Below, piece by piece: positions 12,101 to 24,100 of a DNA stretch of 64,000 nucleotides. The first letter of the stretch is position 1, and each line of letters opens with the position of its first letter. Position numbers and translations under genes: made by a program. The notes under the pieces are model-generated. The model was not told where the DNA came from. It saw only the letters and a list, made by a program, of their open reading frames with translations, and did no database searches. Origin of the DNA: Lama glama (lineage: Eukaryota); the NCBI GenBank assembly GCA_028534125.1, contig CM052832.1, positions 12,712,001 through 12,776,000 on the forward strand, read 5' to 3'.

Positions 12101-15100
12101 GAAACTCAGGGGACCCCAAATAGCCAAAACAATGCTGCAAATGAAGAACAAAGCTGAAGGTCTCATATATCCTCATTTCAAAAATCTTCCTACAACAGTA
12201 CAGTAAAGCAGTGTGATACCAGCATAAAGACCAATGGAAAACAACAGCGAGCTCAGGAAAAAACTCTCTCATATATGATCTAATGATTTTCAACAAGAGT
12301 GTCAAGACCATTCTGTGGGGAAAGGATTTTTTTTCAACAAATGGTGCTGAGGAAACTGGGTATCTACATATGAAAGAATGAAGTTAGATCTTACTTCACA
12401 CTGTCTATAAAAATAACCCAAAGACCTAAACGTAAGACCTAAAACTATAAAACTCTTAGAAGAAAACACAGCACAGAGGAAAACTTTATGACACTGGATT
12501 TAGCAATGACTTCTTGAATGACACCAAAAGCACAGGCAATAAAAGAAAAAACAGATAAACTAGACTACATCAAAACTTAAAATTTCTGTGCATCAAACAC
12601 AATCAATTCAGTTAAAAAAAAAACCCCACAGAATGGGTGAAAATATTTTCAAATCAAAAGTCTGATTAAGGGATTAATACCCAGAATGTATAACGAACTC
12701 CTATAATGCAACAACAAAAATCAAACAAACCAACTTAAAAATGGGCAAAGGGAGGTGTGGCCCAGATGGTAGAGTAAGAAGATCCTGAGCTTATCTCCTC
12801 CCATGGGCATACCAAAATTAGAACTATTACAGAGCAGCTATCTATAAGAACAACCTGAAGACAAGCAGAAAAGATTTCCCAGGTATAAAGAAGGCGGCAA
12901 AATGAGATGGGCAGGAGGAGTGGAAATATGGTATAGTCAAGACTTCTACCCCTGGGTAGGTGACCTAGAAAAGGGAGGTTAATTTCAACTGCAAAGGTTC
13001 TCCCCAAGGACTGGGGCATCCAAGCCCCAGATTGGGCTCCCCAGCCTAGGCACTCTATACCAGGAAAATGAGCCCCCATAATATTTGGCTTTGAGGACCA
13101 GGAGGGCTGGCTTACAAGAGAGCTGGAGGGCTATAGGAAACAGAGACTGCTCTTAAAGGGTGCATGCAAATTCTCACACACTCCTAAGTCCTACCACTCA
13201 AGCAGTAATTTTAAAGAAGCCTCACCTGACACCCACTTGCTGATCTTGGAAAGCCTCCCAGGGAGACAGAAGGCCACTGGGACTTCCCCTGGGAACACAG
13301 ATGCTGGCAGCAGCCATTTTGGGGGAGCTTGTTCTACCAGAGGACACTGGTGCAGGCAAGTGCCATTTTGGTGTCCTCCCTGTACCTATTAGTGCTGGGG
13401 GCTTACCTGTCAATAATGGGCCAGCTCCAGTCCCAAGAACCCTCACACCCTCAGACAGCTCCCCCAGGACTCAGCCCAACCCATCAGAAGGCTGGCACCA
13501 GCCCCAAGACCCTCCTGGGACTGGCAGCCAGCCACAATGGGACCCACCCCACCTACTAGGTAGCTAGCAACCACCACACAAGGCAGGGCCTGGCAGCCAA
13601 CTGGGTAAGGGGCCAACCCTGCCTACCAGCATGCCCACAGTAGTCAACCATGCCACAACAGAAGCACCCACGCTGCCATACCCCTAGAGCCCATAGCTCT
13701 GGTAACCAGAGAGATGTGTACTGCTGCGTCCCATAGGACATCTCCTATATAAAGTCACTTCTCCATAACAGGGAAATGTCACCAACCTATCTAATACACA
13801 GAAATAAACACAGAGAATTAGGCAAAATGAGGAGACAGAGGAATATATTCCAAATGAAGGCACAAGAAAAAAAACCCCAGAAGATTTAAGAGAGGCAGAG
13901 ATAAGTAACTCAATAATAGTACGAAACACTTCACTTCCATCAATGGACAGATCATCCAGAAAGAAAATCAATCAGGAAACACTGGCCTTAAGTGACACAT
14001 TAGACCACACTGACTTAGTAAATATTTATAGAACATTCTATCCAAAAGCAGTAGAATACACATTATTTTCAACGATAGATGGAACACTTGCCAGGATAGA
14101 TCACATGGTAGGCCACAAAACAAGTCTCAATAAACTTACAAAGACTGAAATCATATCAAGCATCTTTTCCAACCACAAGGTATAAGACTGGAAATCAACT
14201 ACAAGGGGAAAAACCTGCAAAAACCACAAACACACAGAGGCTAAATAGTATCTACTAAACAACTTATGGGTCAATGAAGAAATCAAAGAGGAAATCAAAA
14301 AATACCTAAGAGACAAATGAAAATGAAAACATAGTAATCTAAAATCTATGGGACACAGCAAAAGCAGTTCTAAGGGGGAAGTTTATAGCAATACAAGCCT
14401 ACCTCAAGAAACAAGAAAAATATCAAACAATCTATCCTTACACCTCCTTTGGGAAGTAGAGAAAGAAGAAAAACAAAACCTGAAGTTAGTAGAAGAAAAC
14501 AAAGATCAGAGCAGAAAGAAATGAAATAGAGACTAAATAAAACAACAGGAAAGACCAATGAAAATAAGAGCTGGTTCTTTGAAAAGATAAATAAAATAAA
14601 TAAACCTTTAGCCAAATTCATCAAGAAAAAAAAAAAAGAAAGCCCAGATAAATAAAATCAGAAATGAAAGAGAAATCACCACCAATACCACAGAACTGTA
14701 GAGGATCATAAAAAATTACTACAATTACATGGACAACCCAGGAGAAATGAATAAGTCCCTAGAAACATACAATCTCCTAAGACTGAATTCAGAAATAGAA
14801 AATATGAACAGAGTGATTACCAATGACAAAACTGAATGAGTAAAAACAAACAAAAGTCCAGGACCAGCTAGCTTCTCAGGTGAATTCTAGCAAACACTTA
14901 AAGAAGAGTTAACACCTACCCTTCTCAAACTACTCTAAAAAACTGAAGAGAAAGGAATGTTTCTGAACTCATTCTACTAGGCCAGTATCAACCTCATACC
15001 AAAACCAAAGTTTCCACAAAAAAAGAAAATTACAGGCCAAATATCACTGATAAACACATACAAAAATCCTCAACAAAACATTAGCAAACTGAATTCAACA

Positions 15101-18100
15101 ATACATTAAAAGGATCATATACCATGATCAAATGGGATTTATTCCAGGGATGCAAGGACATAATACCTGCAAATCAATCAATATTAATATACCACATCAA
15201 CAAACTGAATAAAAATCTTATGATCATCTCAACAGATACAGAAAAAGCTTTCAACAAAATGCAACATCCATTTATAATAAAAATTCATTGGTAGCGACAG
15301 AACATACCTCAACATAATAAAGGCCATATATGACAAACCTAGAGCCAAAATTATACCCAAGAGTGAAAAGCTGAAAGTTATTTCCTCTAAGATCAGGAAC
15401 AAGACAAGAATGGCCACTCTTGCCACTTTCATTCAACATCATATTGGAAGTGTTAGCCACAGCAATCAGACAAGGAAAACAAATAAAAGGTATCCAAATT
15501 GAAAATGAAGAAGTAAAACTGTCACTGTTTGCATATGACATGATACTACATATACAAAATCCTAAAGATGCCACCAAAAAACTAGCAGAACTAGTAAGTG
15601 AATTCAGTAAAGTTGTAGGATACGAAATATACTGAAGTCTGTTGTGTTTCTGCACACTAACAACCAACTATCAGAAAGAGAAATTAAGAAAACAATCCTG
15701 TTTACAATTGCATCAGAAAGATAAAATACCTACAAATAAATCTAACCAAGGAAGCAAAAGACCTGTACTCAGAAAACTGTAAGACATTAATTCATTCAAG
15801 AAATTGAAGATAACACAAATGTAAAGATATATTGTGCTTATGGATTGAAAGAATATTGTTAAAATGACCATACTGCCCAAGACAATCTACAGAGTCAATG
15901 CCATCTTTGTCAAAATACCAATAGCATTTTCCACAGAACTAGAATAATTCTAAAATGTGTGTGGAACCATAAAAGATCCCAAATAGCCAAAACAATCTTG
16001 AGAAGAACTAAGCTGGAGATGTCACACTCCCTAGTTTCAAACTATATTACAAAGCTATAGTAATTAAAACAGTGTGGTACTGGCACAAAAACAGACACGT
16101 AGATCAATGGAACAGAACAGAGAGCCCAGAAATAAATCCACATACATATGGCAATCTATGATAAAGGAGGCAAGAATATACAATGGGGAAAAGACAGTCT
16201 CTTCAATAAACAGTGTTGGGAACACTGGATGGCTACATGCAAAAGAATCAAACTGGCCTACTTTCTCACACCATATATAAAAATAAACTCAAAACGGATT
16301 AAAAACTTAAATGAAAGTAAGACCTAAATCCATGAAACTCCCAGAAGAAAACATAGGCAGTATGCTCTTTGACATCCGTCTTAGCAGTATTTTCTTGGAT
16401 ATGTCTCCTTCGGTAAAGAAAACAAAAGCAAATGGCACTACATCAAAAGCTAAAAAGTTTGTGCACAACAAAGGAAACTATCAACAAAACAAAAAGACGG
16501 CCTACTGAATGAGAGAAGATATTTACAAATAATATATCTGATAAGGGGTAGATAATCCAAAGTATACAAAGAACTCATACAACTCAATATCAAAAAAACC
16601 CAAACACCTCATTGAAAAATGGGCAGAGGATCTGAATAGCCACTTTTCTGAAGAAGACATACAGATGGCCAACAGACACATGAAAAAATGTTCAACATCA
16701 CCAATTATCAGAGAAACACAAATCAGAACCACATGAGATATCACCTCCCATCTATCATAATCACTATTATCAAAAAGACAACAAATTAAGAAGTGTTGGC
16801 AAGGATGTGGAGAAAAAGAAACATCTGTGCACTGTTGGTGGGAATGTAAATTGGTACAGCCACTATGGAATATACAGTATATAGGTTCCTCAAAAAAACA
16901 AAAATAGAACTACCATACAATTTAGCAATTCCACTTCTGTTTATTTTTCTGAAGAAAACAAAAATGCTAATTCAAAAAGATATATGCACCCTTATGTTCA
17001 CTGCAGCATTATTTACAATACCCAATATATGGAAGCAACCTAAGTGTCCATCTACAGATGAATGAATAAAGATGTGGGGTATATGTGTGTATGTGTGTGT
17101 ATATATATATCATATACCTATGTGAAGGAACATTATACATACCTATATAAAGAAATATTACTCAGCCATAAAAAAGGGAGTGAAATCTTGCTATTTGCAA
17201 CAACATGGAAGAACCTAGAAAGGATTATACTAAGTAAAATAAGTCAGAGAAAGATAAATACCATATGATTTCACTTATATGTAGAATCTAAAAAACAAAA
17301 CAAATGAACAAACATAACAAAACAGAAACAGACTCATCAATAAAGAGAACAAACTGGTCGCTGCCAGAGGGGAGTAGGAGGGATGAGTGCTATTAAAGAG
17401 GGAGATTAAGAGGTACAAACTTCCGGTTATAAAATAAACAAGTACATGGATGTAATGTACAGCATTAGGGAACACAGTCAATAATATCAGAATAACTCTT
17501 ATGGTGACAGATGGCAACCAGACTTATCCTGGTGAATATTTTGTAATGTATAAAAATACTGAATCAGTATGTTGTACACCTGATACTAATATGATATTGT
17601 AAGTCAACTTACTTAAATAGAAAATAAATAAATTTTTAAAAATAAAACAAAATAAAAATGAGCAAAGAACTTGAGTAGGTATTTCTCCAAAAAAGATACA
17701 CAAATGGCCAATTTGCACATGAAAACATACTCAAAATCATTAGTCATTAGGGAAATGCAAACCAAAACTACTGTGAGATACCAATTCATACCCAAGTAGG
17801 ATGGCTATTATGAAAAAAAAAATCAGAAAATAACAAATATTGGTGAAGATGTAGAGAAATTGGAACCCTGATGCGTTGTTGGTCAGAATGTAAAATGGTG
17901 CAGCTGTTGCAGAATATGGCAGCTCCTTAAAAAGTTAAACAGAACTACTAAATGATCCAACAATCCCACTTTTGAATGTATACCAAGAACTGAAAGCAGA
18001 GACACAGTTACTTTGCACACCAATATTCGTAACACTATTATTCTCAATAGCTAAAATGTGGGGGAAACTCAAATGTCCCTCACAGATGAATGGATAAATG

Positions 18101-21100
18101 AAATGTGGTACATATATATAATGGATTATTACTGAGCCTTAAAAAGGAATGAAATTCTGACATACGCTACAACATGAATCTTGAAAACATTACGCTAAGT
18201 GAAATAAGCCAGACACAAAAGGACAAATATTGTATGAATGCACTTGTATGTAGTACCTGCAATAAGAAAATTCACAGAGATAGAAAATATAACAGAGAGT
18301 ACCAATGGCTGGGGATTAGGGGAATGGGGAGTTCTTGTTTAATAAGCAATTTCTGCTCTGGATGATTAAAAAGTTGGAAATGCATAGTGGTGATGATTGC
18401 ACAACAAAGTGAATATACTTAATGCCACTGAATCATATTTTGAAAAGGGTTAAAATGGTGAATTTTATGTTATATTTTGCAATTTAAAAAAAGGACTCAA
18501 CAAATTTTAAACATCTGCTTATCAAAAGACATCATTAAGAAAATAGGCAAATCATAAATTGTGGAAAAATATTCACAACACATTAGACGTGTATTCAGAA
18601 TATACAAATAATTCCTACAACTTAATAAAAACACAAATCAATTTTTAAATGGTCAAAAGACTTGAAAAGATAACATTAAAAAAGATGCAAATAGCCAATA
18701 AACATAAAAAAGGGCTCAACATCCTTAATCAGCAGAGAAATGAAAATTAAAACAATGATACAAACATTACACCCCACCAGAATGTCAAAATGAAAAGACT
18801 AACAATACCAAATGTTGATAAGGATATAGAATAATTAAAACTCCATACTTTGCTGAAGGGTGTAAACCAGTACAAACACTTTAGAAAACTATTATCAAAG
18901 AGTTAAATATACATCTACTGTATGACCTAGGTTTCCAGTCTTGGGTATTTACCTAAGAAATGAAAACATCGGTCCACCTGTACAAGAATGTTTTAGTAGC
19001 TTTATTCATGACAGTCCCAAACTGGAAACAGTACAACGGTCCATCAACAGAAGAATAAATATGGTATATCCATACAGTAGAGTATGGACCCTACTACTCA
19101 GCAATAAAAAGGAACAAACCCATACAACATGAATGAATCTCAAAAAACATTACGGTGAGGAGAAAAAAAAAAGACACAAAAGTGTATATGTATGATTCCA
19201 TTTATACAAAGTTCTAGAACAGACAAAATTAACTTATAATAAAAATCAGAAGAGTGGTTACTTCAAGGTTGACTGGGTAAGGGCACAAAGAAACTTCCCA
19301 AAATGATGGTAATTTTTTTTTAATCTTAATAGGGATGTAGGCTACAGGAAAAGATGCATTTGTCAAAACTGACTGAAGTGTACACAGAAGATCTGCATTT
19401 CACTTATGCAATTATACCTCAATTTTTTTAACAGAAAGAAAGAAAACTGGTTATAGGATTGCTTAAACACTTTGCATTTGGGAGCACTAAGAAATCCATG
19501 CATTTTTTGCCATGCATCCCACACATACTTGTAGCAGATGGCAACATGGCTCAGCAAAAAGAAGTCCAAAAATGTAACAAAGCCTTGGCTTTGCTGATTC
19601 AAGGCTGGTCCCGGGGCCTGTTTGTTCCCTCATGTACAACATGCTGAAACTTACTATCTGCTCCACCTTGGTGCCCAGCCTTACATCAACGTAAGAGAGT
19701 TCATGTGGTTAGTACTATGGAAAGTTAAAATACTGGGAGATGGTAGATAAGATGGATAAAGACTTCCTCTCCTTCTGATTCTAAGGGCCACCTATACATT
19801 CAAGCTCCTCTGAGAGACTTAGGGTTGCACCCTTAGAAATGACCTTTCTAACATCTGCTTGACTCCCTAAGAAAGCATTGCTACTGATTCATTGATACTA
19901 TGCAATTCTCCAACCTATCTCCAAAAACTTCTCAGTAAGGCTTGCCCACTTAGAAAACTGAGCCAACCGTCACAACTTTAAATTATCATCACTAACAGGG
20001 AGTGGGGGAAACAATTAAAGAAGGCTTAAAAAAAAAACAAAAAAACCCCAAAAAACAGAAAACCAGCATTCAGACCAATTTAGAGAACTCACGGACTGGC
20101 GAAAGCTTTGGTACTAGAAACTTCCAAAGCATGTTATACACTTGCTTTTCAGCCATCTCTTGCCTCCAAACAGGGGACTTCATAAGGCAACAAACTATGA
20201 TGGCCTTTTACAAACAGAAGCAATTAAAGGGAAATTACTCCTGCCTCCGAGGACACAGGATGTCTGCTCTCTGTCAGATTTCACTATCGTACTCAGGCTC
20301 CCATGGGTAGGGAGGGCAATGCCAGCCAGACTCCTACCAGCCACCCTTGTGACAGTTGAGCATAGGAGCAGGATGAGGGTCCCCAAGGTACCCAAAGTCC
20401 CCAGGAGCCCTGGAACAAGCAGACCAACCCCAGTAACCAATTTTTCAAAATTGAAAAAGCGATTATCAAGAGGCAGTCATTCAGTCCTTCATTCTCTGGT
20501 CTTCCTTGATACCCTAGTGGTGCCAGGAAAATGAATAAATAAATAAAACACCGGTTTGCTTACCTTTCATTGGACCGTATCATGTAGTCAGTAAATTCAT
20601 GGTCTCCCTTGATCACCTCCAAGGGGACCACAAGGTTGACATCGGAATCGGTGTTCCGCAGCTGGTTGAGTTTAATATTGACTGAAAAGAGGTACCGTCG
20701 TACGTCATCTATGCCCACCTTCAGGCCCTTGCACACCACATACCTGGCAGGAGATACCCTGTCACTTTGCTGAGTAAAGGCTTCTCCCCACATTTCTCCT
20801 CCCCAAACCTCTTGCTGAGTCATGAAGCTCAACAGCCTTGTCTATGCACAAACAGCACAGACTGTGTGCTGCAAAGTTCACCTCAAATCCTTCCTTTTTA
20901 CATTGGGCTGTATTTCAACTATGTCCTGTGCCAGGTTGACTGTGTCACCATCACCTGGGGAGTCTGTGAAGTTAAAGACAGACTCTCCAAGGATGAAGCC
21001 CAGAAATCCGTGTTTGTAACAGGCCACCTAGCAATTCAGACAGCCCCATCTTCTCTCAGATCATGCATGGACACTGTGTGCCACTTGAGATGCCAACAAT

Positions 21101-24100
21101 GCCTCAGTTGATGGCCCCCTTGACCTTTCTCAGCCCATGTCCCTTCAGGTGACCAACCCTTCTCTTGATCTCCTTCTCCCTCCTGGGCCAATCCAAGGAT
21201 CATCCACATAAGTGTGGTGAATAAGGTTTGTGGAGAAGTAGGCAGAGGCTGAATCAAAGGACAAATAAAATCCAAATCGTGACTCCTCTTGGTTTCAATC
21301 ACTTTATTAATTTTATTTTTTGTTTGTTTGTTTTTTAGGGGAAGGTAATTAGGTGTATGTATGTATGTATGTATGTATGTATGTATGTATGTATTTATTT
21401 ATTTTTTAACAGAGGTACTGGGGATTAAACCCAGGACTTCGTGCTCACTAAGCACGTACTCTACCTCTGAGCTATACGCTCCCCCTCAATCACTTTTTTA
21501 AAATGAAGGTTTTTTACGTAGCTTCAGTGGTCATGCCAGAGATGCACCAGGATTTGCTGTTCTGACATTTAGCCAGCTAGTCTGATTAAAATGGAGAGGA
21601 AAGTCTCACCTCTCTGAGTTGGCAGGACGGCTGGTAATCGGCTTAAAGAGACATACTCGTTCAAAGCAGCAGTACAGCAGGTAGATGAGCCCCACGCTGA
21701 ACGGTGTGAAGAGGTCAAAGGTTTTACAGATGAAGTGGCCTCCTAGATTAGAGAGAAAACACCAACAGTAATCAGCAGCTTCTATCCCAGGAAGTGGGTA
21801 AGGTAGTCTCAGGGAACATGACAACGTCAGGGACCCAGCACCTGGGTCTAATGAAAGTCAGAGGCAATACGAGAGAGACAGTTTCAGAGGGGATTTGGGG
21901 AATTCTATAGCACTTTTGGCCCTAAATTCCTCATTCAGCCACCTGTCACCTAAATAAGCAGATTTTTTTTTTAACTTCCAAGCCAATCCCTATACATGAT
22001 CTTGTCCAACACGGCTTCTGGTGGGTCCTGGGTGGGGAGACAGCATAAGAAGTGTCACCTGTCCGGACAACAGACAGCGCCATGAGGAACTGACAGAGCA
22101 GCAACTGCTTGCTAAGGATCTCCTGCAGGTTCTCCTGTCCCTCCACGGAGAAACCCTGAAATGAGAGCACATGAATCAGGGTAGAAAAGAGAAGTGGTGA
22201 GGACTAAAAAAAGGAATCCCACCTCATCTTCCTGGAGATTTCTTGAAATGTCATTGATCTCCACCATCTGACAAAGATACAGCTTGGTGTTTAAATTATA
22301 TGGCACGGTCACAGGGCTCATTATGGTGAGATTAGCACCAGGCTCTGGGCCTGACCACCGGGCCAGTGCTGTTTTCCTGCTCTATCACTCCCAGGGATGG
22401 AACCAAGTCTGCTCCTCCAAGGAGATGGTCCAGCAAATTTTAAAACTCATGTGGGAATCCAAGGGACAAGTACAGCAGTACAGAGGCAAAATGAGGCTAG
22501 TCACAGGCCAACTACAAGATAGGAAACTGAATGCCCTGGTGAGTCCAATGACCCAGGGTGCACAAGTGGCCTGAATACTCTGCATGAGCTCACTCAGCCC
22601 CTGGGCTGACCACTGACCAGGGGACCCCAGTCTGGTAACAGGAGAAAAGTGAGCACAACTCTGACAGTCACAGTAATCACTCTCTCTCTGCTGACCAAGG
22701 ATTTATTCACAAACCCCCTTTCCTGTCCCAAGACCATGGACCCTCTCTCTCCAGTTGGCAGGGTCTCCGGCCAGGGTGTCTGTTCAAAGAATCTGTGCTG
22801 CTATTCCTGGGATGGTCTCCCTCCCTGTAAGATCCCAAGAGGGAGCAGACAGCCAAGTTCATACAAGTAAAGGAGGCCAGGGGCTATGTTAGGAAGAGAA
22901 GGCAGTTGTAATTCTGCAAAATGAAAAAGTTCTGGAGATGTGAATAGATTCAACAATACTGAACTGTACACTTAAAAATGGTTCTAGTGGTAAATTTTAC
23001 ATTATGTGTTTTTTACCACAATAATTAAAAAAAGAGGCTGGTCTCCATTAAGCTGGCCCCAGCCTAGACAGGTCTCCAGAATCAAAAATGTTAAGCAATG
23101 TCTTTCATTTATAGACGCTTCTTAAAATGCATGCCTGTTTAATAGGGTAAATCAAAAAAACAGATGAGGGGGCACGGGTCACCAGTCTACACTGCCTAAG
23201 CAGAAGGACAATCCTCGAGTTTGCCACTCGAGCTGACACACTACAAGGTCGCCTCCCAAGCACTATTAGACCCCCACATGTACAGCTAGAGCAGCCCCCC
23301 CCCCCCGCCCAAGTCTGTCAGTTACTCCCTGCTGTGCACAAAGCTCTGTTGAGCCAGGGCATGTTCAGATCCTATGCTGACATCCTAAACATTTCTCCAC
23401 CTTTCCACACAGCTACAGCTTGAGAGACCACCCGAGGAGCTCCAGAGGCTTTTCTCAACTTGGCCATGTGGCCCTAGAGTAACTGCCATGTTCTCTGACT
23501 CTCTATGTTAATGGTGGCTCGCTCCAGAAAGACGACCTGCAGCATCAGACTACAGGGGGGCTTGCCTCTATGCATCAAGCAGCTGCCCAAAGAATGGGCA
23601 ACTTGAACATTCACCTTAGCCCAGCCACTAACAGAGTTTCCAATGGATTCCCTGAGCTGCTGCCTCTGGCTATGTGGTCACCTATCAGCCTAACTAGAGG
23701 CTTAGGAGTGGCCATGTATAGAACAGCTTCCACCAGAAGCAGCGCCATGGGGACAAATGATAGAAATGTTCTTCCTGGTCAGTTTTGCCTAGCTCATCTT
23801 AGTCATGGTCCTCCCTTCAACAGGTCTCAAGGCCCTCTGAAGAAGTGGGCTGAGAAGGCCCACTTGCTCTAAGGTGTCTACATTACAGCCTTGACAAAAC
23901 TACCACTAAAAATATGTACAAAAAGAATAAAACATACATCATACACTCCTACAATCTGAACAGAGCTACCACCTCCCGGGGCAGCTAAGGGACCCAACAA
24001 AACAAAATCAATCCTCAAGCCTCTAACATGATAAATCGCTAAAGCATCACCCTATAAAAAGCAGATCACCTACCCCATCGGCCATCAGAAAGTGGACACC

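Larger units (their letters stand above)
5700..19440 (+). mobile_element. Old, fragmented L1 (L1M-type) scaffold in intron 13: pieces ~5700-5923, 7283-9815, 10620-11616 and 18517-19440, interrupted by younger inserts
   Basis: Collinear ORF1-like (gagaaaatcttgaaagcag...gctgacttctcaccagaaac), ORF2 EN/RT-like ([17 protein letters not shown] in ORF 9510-9830) and 3'UTR sequence that resumes on either side of each insert. Confidence 0.8.

Noticed and set aside
12751..17653. Active L1 or intact reverse transcriptase
   Set aside because: ORF1 is mostly deleted, ORF2 is broken into short frames, and the catalytic FADD motif reads FAYD.
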